A stretch of 64,000 bases of DNA from Amoeboaphelidium protococcarum X5 (taxonomy: Eukaryota > Fungi > Aphelidiomycota). A program made the translations under genes and the position numbers. This document shows, piece by piece, positions 39,491-52,201 of this stretch. The DNA lies in NCBI GenBank assembly GCA_023515725.1, contig JALDTO010000179.1, positions 62,001 to 126,000 on the forward strand. Reading direction: 5' to 3'. The notes under the pieces were generated by a model. It had not been told where the DNA came from, ran no database searches, and worked only from the letters and a program-made list of their open reading frames with translations. Numbering within the stretch: position 1 is the first letter of the stretch; each line of letters starts with the position of its first letter.

Positions 39491-40429
39491 ATGCGAGATC
39501 GGACTGGTGATTTTCTGAGTACCACTAGCCGCAATAATGGCGAGTCTATGGAATTGACTTCTATCCGCACATCCTCTGGCCACTCGCTGAATGACATCTT
39601 GGCCTATCTGGACTCTGTGTCAAAGTAGATCTCTGACCTGCAATCCTTGATAGATCAGGTGGAAGGCAAGTAGCGCAAAGCATAGCGCGTATTTGAGTAG
39701 AATAATACGGATACTCTGATAGAGACTAGACAGGAAATCGAGGCTATGAATCGTGATGCTAATTCCCTCGCACTCAAGATTCGTAACAGATTAAAAGAGA
39801 TCTAGAATATCATCAAGAGCGAACTGCTGCCGGGTAGTGCTGATTACAGAATGGCCAATACATAATACACTGCTCATGCCACCAAAATGCGGGACATTAT
39901 CATCTCGTATCAGAGAAATTAAGAAGAGTAGTAGCGTCGATAGCGCGCCAGATTTGAGCGTGAGTATAGAATTGTGAATCCTTCTGCCACTTAGTACGAG
40001 ATTGAGGAGATTATGAACAACAAGACTGATTTTAGCAATGAACAAGTGTTTGCCAATCACATCCTTCGCAGCACGTATAATGAAGAAGCCAAGAGCCTGC
40101 TGAAGGATGTGAAGAGTAGGTAGCATGATTTGACTTAGTTGGCTGAGTAGATTGAAGAACTGGCCACGCTATTCACAGATTTGGATGAACTTGTGAATAT
40201 GCAAAATGCTTAGATTGAGTCTATCAGTCAGCACATTGAGGGTGCCAAGGTTTATACTGAGGCTAGTAATGCCGAGATGACGCGCGCTATTAAAACTGCT
40301 CACTCTGTCCGTAGACGCAAGTGGTGTTTGGCTGTGTCTTGCATTATCTTATTGGCAGTGCTGGTGGTTGTCATCATTCTCGTTATTGTTCCGGCGGCTT
40401 AGAAGAGCTTGAACGCTGGTGCGTAGTGA
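39491..40429 (+). CDS. Plasma-membrane syntaxin (Qa-SNARE, Sso1/syntaxin-1-like)
   Basis: MRDRTGDF start, Habc helices, REYRIVNPSAT, SNARE motif with ELATLFTDLDELVNMQ and a C-terminal TM. Confidence 0.9.
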
Positions 40430-40764
40430 ATTGATCCGTATATCCCCCTTCTTCAGTTCCCATAGTCTCAATAGTTGATCTAGTTTGCATGAAATAGCTG
40501 TTTCTCATATTTATGATATTTGCATATTGAGCATTTTCAGATGTCTTTTTCTATATATTCTTTATTGCCTTATACAGCCGACAAGCACAATCACCAGTTT
40601 CTGCAGAGACTTTCTGTGCTTCAGTGACTTTTCGCGGCGCGTTTCGTTTCTTTTTTCCCGTCCCTCCTTGAACAACATAGAGCATTATACTTGTGTTGCA
40701 TTTACTGTTCTCTGATATATTGTGCATCACCCGTAGATATTAAATCAGAATCACCTAAGGCATT

Positions 40765-41182
40765 ATGGGCAAATTATTGGTGCGCTTATTCAAGCCTAGT
40801 TTTGCATTCATGTCAATTTATGGAGTCGTATTGTTTGATTTATTCCACTCCTAGTCTTTACTTGGACTGTCTAGTACCTCGAAAACTGTTTTGCCATTTG
40901 TACGTTTATTATATTTTGTAAATTGAGTGGCTTTAATATAGTGATGTATCTCTACTGTAGCTTCCATTGATTCTATTGATATTATTCGGTGCATACTGTG
41001 CATTAACATTGATATACAACGTTTTGACTATCAACGACTGTCCTGAAGCTTATCAAGAGTTGCAACGAGTAAGTTATCTGTACATTTCGGTTCTTAAGAA
41101 ATTGTAAGATACATATGAGTGTTGGTAGGAAATTATTGAAGCCAAATAATACTTATCGAATCGCGGTGTTGATATGAATTGA
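40765..41182 (+). CDS. DPM3: Dolichol-phosphate mannosyltransferase subunit 3; exons 40765-40899, 40961-41068, 41129-41182
   Basis: LPLILLILFGAY...INDCPEAYQELQREIIEAKQYLSNRGV. Two GT-AG introns preserve the frame. Confidence 0.88.
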
Positions 41183-42028
41183 ATTGTTGAAAATATATAT
41201 TATGACTGTACAATACATAGAACTCTGGTTTTTCCTGATTAGGATTTTATTGTATCATTTGGCAGATGAACTATATCCATATGTATAATTATACCGCTTG
41301 GCAGAATGTATTGAGTAATATGAGAGAACATTTGAGTAATACGCGCTTAATGGAATGAGCTTTGATACAGTGTACTTTTGAGAACAAGTCAGAGCTACAG
41401 TACTTTATGACATTAATGCAAACGCGTCACTTTTCAAACGAGTTTCACTACTTCACAATCTGGTGACAATACAGCTCTCCAGAACGAGTTCAATCATTTG
41501 ATGGTGTGATAGAGTGGATCTGTGTCCTCAAAAATATGTTTAGGAATATAAGTTCATTTGACTTCTTGGAGTTGACAATACCAGCATTTTTAAGACTTTC
41601 TTGAATCACTTCGCTTAGCGTTTTGTCAACTGAACATAACGCTCGACTATTTCTGAAATCAAAACGCGCAATTGATAATGTATTGGCCTTATGCGGTGGG
41701 CGGCTTTCTAGCTGGATCTGCAATGGAATACTTGTTGATTACATTCAACTTTTGTAAGTATATAATAAAGTAGCATTTATGGAGTATATTATAACAAAAT
41801 TTATAATTAATTCTTGTAGATGAACATATACGAGTGAGTGAGAGTAGGAAACGTCTTAAGGAGCGAATGGATATCGATGACGCGGTGGAGCGGTTAATGA
41901 GACGCGATCCTGGCAAGTTTTAAAGTCTAGCTGACAGCTGGGAACGCATAAAGATCATGGAAGACAGTGAAGAAGAATAACAATAATATGAGTAATAAAA
42001 GAATTAATGATGTAAAGAGAAGTTATTA

Positions 42029-42655
42029 TCATGTATGCTTTGTTGCCAGCGAGCTAATTATGAATCTATCAAGTTTTTCGTTGTCAGTATTTGAAGGAAT
42101 TCGAAATAATTGCCTTAGCCTGTACACGTCAGGACTGAACTTGACACTATCAGACACAGAATTGGCATATTAAGTTGTCCACTACACTAGCTATTTCATC
42201 AAAAAGATAAGATTTGAACTTGATTATTAACATTATATACCTCCGATGAAGTTCCATCTATTGGGAGTATTTCCACCACCAACAAATCATCATCCTTCTC
42301 ATCAAAGCCAAAATATTTAAAAGCTTCCGACACCTACAAAGTCTATTATAAATTTTACATCTATGCTGATTGATAAAACCATAAAGCTTACATGCATTGC
42401 AGGCGATATATTGTAGATAATTTCGCCATACACAGTGTTGGCTTTGAGATTATTTCTATGACGCGACTCCAGTGCATTAAATATCGCCAATTTGAGTATA
42501 GTGTCATTGTATATCATCTACCGTTTTATTAGAGCCGCAGACACTTTTCCAGACATTACATCTTTCTTTAGCTAGAGTGGGTTCTTAATACCGCTCAATG
42601 ATGATATTTACACGCGAACAACCTCATCATTATCAATCTTGAACTCGTATTTCAT
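42029..42655 (-). CDS. CGI121: KEOPS complex subunit Cgi121/TPRKB (two short introns)
   Basis: LKANTVYGEIIYNISP, VSEAFKYFG and C-terminal ISSLATK. Confidence 0.8.
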
Positions 42656-42821
42656 CTTGATCAAAGATTATTATTATTAGTGCCTTGTCAATGTTTGATA
42701 ATTAACGAGCAAATTAAAAATCGTAAGTACAGTACACTATAATCGCCGATCAAATGAACAATTTAACTTCTTAAGATATAAATTAAAAAGCACAATTCAA
42801 ATTTAAAAGAGTCTGAAGTTA

Positions 42822-44237
42822 TCACATTTTACTAGAGACACCTTTCGTTGCACTCATCTTCATGGCGAGGACGTGCTCTAACTTGGCAACTGCACCATGC
42901 TTCCGCTTGTAGACGGGGAATCGCAGCTTGAATTCTTCAACCAAATCCCCTAAACTGGTAATCTTCTTCCTTGATGCGGTGGGAAGTTCATCAAACTGCA
43001 ATTCAATCTGGAATTCAGAAGGTAGACCAAAGTTGAACGGATATGCGTCAAAAGTAGCTTCGGAACTAGTTTTGAGTTCACTACCATCATCGTCTAGTTC
43101 CTGAAAAAACCAATCAACATCCTCTGGCTTGACGTCTTGCAAGGATTTAGGATTCCATTGCGGCTTGTTGTCTTTATCAATCAATAGAGCGCGGACACCT
43201 TCATGGAAATCTCGACATTTATCACCACTCTGCAAAGCTAGTAAAGTTCTGGAAGCCAGAGTGTACTCCAATTCAAAGCAGGATAGAAAATCCAACTCCT
43301 TACCCTCACGCATCTATCTTGTAGTTATGTGCAGACTCATCGGAGACATCTTCATCATTGTCTGGAGCGTGTACTGAGCAAATTCTGAGCCATCCTTCTA
43401 CAAATTCTCAACAGTCTCAAAGATACTCTCATAAGAGAAACATTTATCAATAACGCTCAGTGCTTGATTCTTCTACAGAGAGTACTAGCCATAATCCAAT
43501 TCGCCGCTAAATTCTTCAATAGCATCTGATATCACCTCGGGATTATCACTGTTCAGGTGTTATAGACGCTCTTCTAGTAGAGGCAAATTCACTGAAGGCA
43601 CAAAGTGTGTAGCAATACCAGCCCATACCAAATCTTGCGCTTTCAATCTAGCACCAGTCAGAGCCAAATACAGCCCCAACTTGCCATCAAGTCGTGGTAA
43701 AAAGAAGGATCCGCCAACATCAGGAAATAGTCCAATCGCAGTCTCTGGCATGGCAAACACCGATTTCTCAGTCGCCACTCTTAAAGGCGCGTGTACAGAC
43801 AGTCCGACACCACCGCCCATAGTAATCCCATTCAGTAGAGCCACAATAGGCTTAGACTGAGTGCCAATCATATGATTCACGTAGTACTCCTTAGCAAAGA
43901 ACTGATTAGCATTAGGTAACTTGTTCACTGCAGCGGTAACTACAGCCTTGACATCACCTCCGGCACAAAAAGCTCTACCTTCTCCCTTAAGCAGTAGACA
44001 TTAAGCTGCGCGATTATTCTAAAAATGTTCCAACTCCACTCTTAGAGCGTCAATCATTTCCACATTCAGTGCATTCAAAGCCTTTGGTCTATTCAGCGTG
44101 ATAGTCTGCAGCGAACCATTTCGCTATGCTAGAACACTCTACATTCTAAAAAAATAATTATATCATTCGTATCTACATAATTTTTAAAGTGATAAATATC
44201 TTACACTCATTCGCTTGCCAAATTAAATAGTTGACAT
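42822..44237 (-). CDS. HIBCH: 3-hydroxyisobutyryl-CoA hydrolase (HIBCH/Ehd3-like); 5' intron, start approximate
   Basis: [46 protein letters not shown] and [14 protein letters not shown]. Confidence 0.92.
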
Positions 44238-44360
44238 ATTTCACCTAAATGGTCGCTTCTCAATCAAAAGAAAAAGAGACAAGCAAGAAATGCACCGATC
44301 AAGACAATACCCAAAAGGAACACAATTTATACAATATATACAAACTACAATTAAAGGTTA

Positions 44361-46706
44361 TCAATTCCCAATATAAAGCTGAGATGAATCGACGGTGGAT
44401 GGGTCAATTTAGTCAGAGGTGAAGCGTGCGAGATAAAACTTGCACATATTGCGCATGATGGTGTCCTTCATTTTCATCTCCTCCGTCATGGATTCCCCCT
44501 CAACATCACGCGTCCAGTAATCTTTCATATCTGGGCGGGTGTGCGTATATATTCCCGTGACAGTCTTCATGTTACTTTGTCGCCACTTCTTACCAAGTAC
44601 GCCAACCATATTCTTCGATAACTTATAACACATTCGATCCAAATCAAACTACTCAATCTTGCCAATCTTCTTCAGAATCAGTGGAGTTTTATACTAAATG
44701 AGCATACCAGTTCTCACCTGCTTATTCTTCACCAACTTTTACATTATTCTCAGAATGTTGATCACAGTGTAAAAGTTTCTACTGCAAAACTGTATTTAGT
44801 GCGCAGACTGAGCAGACTATTTATCAATCGCCGACTTGCCAAATACATCAAAACTGTCTCTCGCCTCATCACCGGCATTATCAACGTCAGTCTATGCAAG
44901 ACTCAGAGTGTCTCCACTACCACCATTACCACCATCAATATTGTCCACGTTGAAATCCTTCCGAATGTACAATAGAAACCTTTGGAAATCAAACTCCTCC
45001 TCCTTGAGCAGATACGTGGTCATGTTCTGATTCAAAACTGATAGCATAAGAATCATAGCATTAGAATCCACCAAGACACAGCTCAAATGTTCAAAGAGAC
45101 AACTATGAACAATTTTAGAGTGCTTGAGAATCAGCAAGATAATAAATGTGACAACTTTGGCGCCAATCTCCTTCTACCTTTAAAATTCAACTGCATTACG
45201 AGCCTGTGCAGATTAACTCTTCTACCAACCGTCTGCTATATCAACTTTGAACAATTGCACCACTTTCTAAAGAGCAGCTCCCAGATTCTTCTAATTAGGT
45301 AAACCATTCAACGAGAGCAAAATCTTGAGGCACGACACCAGGCACTCTTCAACCAATGATAAATTCTGATGAAAGAATTGATTAACTTTAGACAGCTGAG
45401 GGGACTCGGATGAAAACAGATTACTCTTACCATCACTATGATCGCCATATTAACGCAGACTCATTAGGTATGGCACACTAGATAACTGCTCGGCAAACAT
45501 ACTGCGATCACTAAAACTGATACCCATTGAATTTGCCAACTTGCACTCCTAGCTCTACTGATATTGAGACAATGGAATGTATAAATTCTTCTTCTACACT
45601 TGCAGAGCCTCTTCAATAGACTTGGGTACTTTCGTAAATAGAACCGGCGCAGGATCTAATGGAGTAGCAACATTTTCATTGCCATTACCTGCTGCTGATA
45701 GAGACTGACTACTATACGCTGAAGATTGTGGAGACAATGGAGTCTGTTACTACTATTGAGGAGTGGTTGTAGATTACAGTTAAACACCTCTTCCGGTGAA
45801 CTCTTTAAACGGATCATGATTAAGTACAGTGGTAAGTTTGTCATCTCTATTTTGCATAATTTCAAATCCATCCAGGGCGGCGTATCTTTCAATCATCTCA
45901 TTAACAGCCTTCTAATAATCATGCGGGTATAGCTTAGTGCGGCGCTCATTATCAAAATCAAACTCCTACAAGCCGTTCTCTTAACGAACAATATTCTTAG
46001 TCTTGTTAACATCTTTAAACTAGCCAAGTGAGATTCGCAATAGTCTGTGTATGATAAGGAGCACTTTCTTGAGTGGAAACGAATCATAACTCTCCTTCAG
46101 TGCACGTCCAAGTTACACCATATAAAACTTTAAATGTACCTCAAAGGATTTAACTATATCACAATCCTACTTTTATATTTGTTATTATTGTTGGAAGCAT
46201 ATGATCAGATAGTATATAGATATCATCACGTCAATTTAAGTCATTTTAGGAGATAAAGCGAAATTGCTGACAAAGAGTTACTCAACAATAGTCTAAACTC
46301 TGTCAACAGAGACGGAAGAACAAGACTTCTTCATAGTTGATTTACTTAATATGCCATCAGGACAATTACCCAGAACTATCCACCATTAGAGAATTTAACA
46401 AAAATCAAACTTCTCCACACAGCCATCTAACAAGTATTCAATGCACGACTAGATACGACTCTCATCTTGAGAACTAAGCTCTCTGGAACACACTACATTC
46501 TACTCTGACAGTCGTTCACCTTCCCTGATAATAGTCAAATCTGCCATAGTAAAGAATTCATTCAGTAAAGTGTCTATGCTATCACTATCATTGTCAGGAG
46601 CATATTTAAATTAAATTTGTGAAGCCTTCTTCCTCGGAATATTCTTCACCATCTACTTGAGCTAGGCAAGCGTAATAGAATCAGCTGGATCACTCGAAGT
46701 TTGCAT
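44361..46706 (-). CDS. FAR11: STRIPAK component Far11/STRIP
   Basis: DSITLAQLKQMV near the N terminus. C-terminal FSTVINILRIMQKL...QYKTPLILKK...GKKWRQSNMKTVTGIY. Confidence 0.85.
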
Positions 46707-47060
46707 TATTATTTACTATTATCTCTTTAATTGAAGATCTTTATAACTGGAATATAAGGTTTAAACTGGGAATACGCAAAGCTTTAATTGATGATTCTGA
46801 AGACTATAACAGATTGTAACAGAGTCTACCTACCAAAGTGATAAGGATAATCGCAAAGAGAGAAGAGAAGTACGGCTGAGATGAAATCAAAGCCAACACG
46901 CTCGTTGTAAACCCACCATTATTTGTGTATAGTGGACTTGGACAGTATTTAAATAGAATAAGGAAGGCAATTAAATACATCAATAGTATTGAATCAGCCA
47001 GCTTAATTAATTTAGACAATAAAAGAGAGCGAATCAAGTTTTTATTAACATCAACAAAGG

Positions 47061-50000
47061 TCACTTGCTTTCAATGTGCACAATGGGATTCCAGGAGGAT
47101 GGCCGCCGTGAGATAAAGTTGCGACAGGTCTCAATCTTTTACAGGACGACCTGATCTTTTGGAATATAGTTGCTAAACATCTCAAATCCATATAACGCTT
47201 CTTTAAACTGCCCATTAGTGAAGGCATCAAATGCTAGCTCATACGCGTTGTAAGCCTGCAGTGTAGAGTCTTTCATCAACTTGCGGAATCCAACGAGTTC
47301 ATACACTTTCACTGGAGTGGATTTACCTCTAACCATCACAATATCAAGTGGACGCGTCACAAAGTAATTCTGATGCAACTTGTTCTTGGTATACTCAGTG
47401 ATCATAATTACCGTGCCATATCGTTTATTGAGAGACTCGCAGCGAGATGCCAAGTTGACATTATCTCCGAGGCAAGTGTAATTGAGACGCGTCGATGAGC
47501 CAACGTTTCCAACAAGAGCTTTACCGGTATTAATTCCAATTCGCATGTTCAAGTCTGGTAAACCTCTGGCGGCCCATTCCTATTACAACTCTATGAGTCT
47601 TTGGCGGCTTTTTAACGCAGCACTACAACATATCGAGGCGTGATCCTTTACCGAGAGGGGTGCATTCCAAAATGCAACAATCGCATCACCAACATACTTG
47701 TCTACCAGCCCCTGATTCTGGATATAGATATCGGACATGGCAGATAGATATTCTTTCATCATTTACACGAGAACTTAAGGTTCTAATTTCTCAGCAATAG
47801 AAGTAAAATTGACAATGTCAGAGAATAGAACCGTGATTTCCATTTCATCTACACCCAGCACTGCTTCTCTCTTCATCTTCACTAGCAGGGTGACAACATC
47901 CAGAGGGACATATTTACTAAACGACTTTAGACCAGTTTTCATTGCACTCATGGCCGATCTCAGGTACTGGACTTCTTTCAGGTAGATATCAAAATTGAAT
48001 AGCGGACTCTTCCTCATCATGGATATCCTTCTGCTGATTGGAAGAAGGCTCTTTGGACTGTTCTCTTAATGCTACTTTTAAGATGAATGTTAATTTGTAC
48101 CACCATGAGTCGAAGCATCTCCGGTGTTGTCAAAGTCCTCAAAGTTGAGATCGGCAACTGAGAGCATTTCAAGGGCGATTCGCTTCAGCGGCTTACCAAT
48201 TGCTCGAGTGACAAGAACTGACACTATCAGAGATAAGAAGAATACCAACACAGACACCATTGGTATGAGAACGTAATGGGCTGTCTGAATATCGCCATTG
48301 TATGCAGAGTATGGGATATACGCAACCATCACCCAGTCAATATCACCCTGGCCGCGATAATAATGCTGCACAATGACATGAGAGTTGGCTTCATCAAACA
48401 CTATAGGACCACCACTTTCAGGCCACACAATTTACCGCAAGGATCCATTGAACATCTGCTTGAGTTGTCTAATTGTTGATCTCACCTACTCGGAAGTGCT
48501 CAACTCTGCATAGATGCGATCACCAGTAGGTCCCATATTGGGAATATCTATTGATGAAGTGGCCACGAGGTATCCTGTGCGTCTCTCAATAGCAAAAAAT
48601 AGTGGTATCTAAGAAGTATCGCCAGTGAGTGATACAGCTGCATCCTGAAAGTACTTGGCCAACGTAGCAAGCGATATATCCACAGCACTGACAAACTGTA
48701 AACGCGATTAAAAGTATACTGGTCGGACTGCGGTGATGCCAAACGTGATACCTTAAGCGTACGTGTACACAGAACTATAACCAGGACGTGCAGCGGCTAT
48801 AGCCTGTCGGAAGAAAGGCCTACTCAACGCGGAATAATTAGCCACTTGCAGAGGAGGATTAGACGGCGAAAACGCATCCAGCACACAAGAGGTGTCATTC
48901 TAAATACAATTGCTTTAAATGCGAACCACCCACCTGTTGGGACGTGTAGTTCTATTCAAATACTTGACCAAGATGTGCTTGGAGTCAATTTCACCGGTAG
49001 AATAGTCTTAATCCAGTGCAACGCCTGCAAACATATTATCAGGCCCAATGACGTAAATTTGATCATAATCTTACGTGCCAAATGTCATCAGAGCATACAA
49101 ATGCCTCAATCCTCTCATAGTATTGTGTATCGGATACTCTGGAGAACTGTAGATGGACTCTGTGAAAATATTGATTCTCTCTGCACCACTAAACGCCCCG
49201 TCCAGCTTCAACATGACATTATTTATGGTGGTATTAGACATTGACGAGATGGCGAGTGCAGTAGATGCAGATCCAGAGTAGAAGCTGACCAGAGTGACAG
49301 TCAATATAGCAATCAACAAGATGATGACATTAAATACGCTAATGACATTTCTAAGGGACATCCATCTTCTAGGCACACGTAGAGAATCCAGTGAGTATCT
49401 AATCTTCTGCTTATAGACATCACAACTCTCACTCTTTGTGATGAAAGTTGCCAGACTGGAGTGTCGGAGGCGATCAGAGTTATTAACCGTGTTAGCATTG
49501 ATCCAAGTATCAACTGCACTTGGCTACCTGCTCTTCTGATGGCCATATGAACTGGAACGTGCTCGCATTGCATAATCACCAGACGCATCTTGAGAGTTAC
49601 GTTTATAATCATCAGGCGATACAATGGTAATGGATCGCATATGAGGCTTCCCAGATGAGAAAGCATTTGATGTGAATTCTTGATCATTCAAACCGGCGAC
49701 CATGAGTCCATCATCACCAAAACTAACCTCATGAGTTATAATCGGGATACTGCAGGGAATATCATTCGATCCTTCTTGCTTGAAGATGCTAGTATTCATA
49801 AATATCTATCTTGATTCAGATGCGCCTGTGGAGCTTCGCTTGCGTCTACCATCAACATCAGAGCATTGACTTGATTCTTTACTTAATCTATCAATAGTTG
49901 AAGTTTTACTGCGTCGACGCGCGGTCCCGTACTTCTAATCTTCATCACCAGAATTTTAGAAATCATTAGATGGCCGCTTCCCATTAGTTTGCCATAGTGA

Positions 50001-50378
50001 CAGCAATCGATCAGCAAACGAAGACTGTCTCCTTGGTGCGTAAGCTTCCGAAGCATTTGATGCCTGCTTGTAAAGAAGAGAAGAAGTAGCTTGAGCATTG
50101 TCATTACTGCCAATGGACTCGCTCGATGCAGTTGCTAGAGATTGTGGAACTTGAGATCCACTACTATCATTCCCCAGATCAATGCCAGACGTCGCCCCAT
50201 AAATTATGGATGACGATTTCTTCACAACAAATCTATCGCTTGATTGAGGTTTCAAGCACTTGCCGATTTTGGTGGCATCAAGTTTCAACTCACCAAGCAT
50301 TGAATGCTCAGATTTCTGCTTCATCAGCTATCCATTCCCATTCCCACTCTCAGTGCCCTCAGTTCCTAATGAAGACAT
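47061..50378 (-). CDS. Membrane sensor class III nucleotidyl (adenylate) cyclase: TM, extracellular Cache-like domain, TM, HAMP-like linker, cyclase
   Basis: 1105-aa frame joining six track ORFs. [32 protein letters not shown] and [20 protein letters not shown]. Confidence 0.9.
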
Positions 50379-50782
50379 TTTATTAAGCTATTTAGTGGCA
50401 ATATAATCTCGATGATTAAATCACAGAACTAAGTACTTCTTGATCAGAGGTCATGTTTGTTTCATGTGGCGATTATTGTTAGGCTCATTTCCTCTCTATC
50501 GATGCACCTCAGTAATCGAAAGGGCGTTACTACGCAACAACCATTGTTACGACTTTAGTCGTGATAGTCTTTAGTAAAGCACTAATATTGAAGGTGTCAA
50601 AAGCGTAATATGAGAATATTAAATATTCCTGTACTAAAAACAATGGAAGTCAACTATTATTATACGCTTCAATTTGTTATTCATCAGAATTTGGCTCAAC
50701 GTTTTACAAAGTGATGAACGCGACATTGCAATGATTGAATAACTTAGAGGATGCTGCTTTCGATATTTTATATACATGGAAG

Positions 50783-52146
50783 TCAAAATATATCATAGAA
50801 ACAGTCCAATCCTTATCCTACACCAAAATAGAGTTGTATTAGAATTGTGATGCTTCAGTATATCAACACCACACTTACCAATCTCCCACAGAGAAACACC
50901 CGTTTTGGAACGCGACACAAACTCTAAGCGCTTCCTGATAGACTACATAATAAATATGAGTACACAAGTATAGAATAACAATAATAAATATACTTTTTTA
51001 GTTGGATAATAAATCACAGTGCCTTAAATAGAATCTTCAAATCTACATTCCTCAATCTTCTCATCCCAATAAGCTGCATATTATGAAGAAGACGTTTTCA
51101 GCTCATCAATGAATTGCGTTCCAATGACGGCTCTTTACTATTCAGATGAATTGGGATCAAATAGATATCCGTACATGTTCATACCAACCAAAATTTTGTT
51201 ACAAGCATTCCAAGTAGTCGATTCTGAGAGGTCGCCACAAAGCAAAGCAACTTCATCAGAGATCCAACTCAGTGGAGCATTGGGCCCAGGTAAACCACTA
51301 CCAGAATAGTCATAAGTCATTAGGGAGAAGTAGCTGACATCATTGAGTAATTGTGAAAAGTGTACAGAGGAGAATGGCATAATCTGTTATGATTACTATC
51401 CAGGTGAGGACTTGAAACGCGTCGATGGTGGTATTACCAAAATCAACTCTAGTGCATTTTTACGCAGATGCTTTGATATAAGTTTAATCACACCCACAAA
51501 GTATTACGGCAAGTCAATTTCCAATACCATGCCATCAAAGTTGTTCTTATTGCATAGTTTCACAATTGACTTTAATAATGACTTGACCAAATACGGATTA
51601 TCGGTTGCCTTTAGCAAATTGATGGCGTCAGTCTAGCTCTGCAACTCAAGTCTAAACCTGGGCATAATTTCAACTTTATGACTACCATCAACGCTAGACT
51701 TTAGTGTAGATTAATTATTACCATATTTTACTCGCTAAATCCACTGAGAATCAACGTCATGTTCACCATTAATATCATATCCACCACCATTTCTACACTT
51801 ACACAATCCAATTACAACTGAGAACACCTCTTACAGACTGTTTCATTCATATTTACCGCGGTCTAATCCGGAACCATACCGGACTTATAATGTCAAATTT
51901 TGATCTAAACTTTACAGCAACATCATAGCCGTGAGAGTTCCATGGAGTGACGTACGCAAGAACTTTCACATGTTTATTTAACAGTCTATTCTCAGCATTG
52001 ACACTGATTTGATCATAACTAGAAAGCATAAACTCCACAGTTTCCTCACCTTCAATCATTTCCAAACCATCCTCTAGAATGTGTTGTTCCTCAGCAGCAA
52101 AGAAAGTTGAACATAATATTAAAAAAGTTAATATTGATTTTATCAT
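50783..52146 (-). CDS. CHID1: Chitinase-domain protein CHID1-like (GH18 fold, probably non-catalytic); several introns
   Basis: Signal peptide, [26 protein letters not shown] (no DxDxE), [16 protein letters not shown] and SLWEIGQGLD. Confidence 0.85.
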
Positions 52147-52201
52147 GATAGTTTTACTCTATTTAAACTGTTCGTTGTAACACTTATATCGAGGCGATTT
52201 A

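Noticed and set aside
41200-42010. Possible plus-strand gene with last exon DEHIRVSESRKRLKERMD...
   Set aside because: Upstream frames contain TGAs and I could not build a consistent model.
46804-47064. Hydrophobic track ORF between FAR11 and the cyclase
   Set aside because: Short AT-rich intergenic frame overlapping the cyclase stop, with no family motif.
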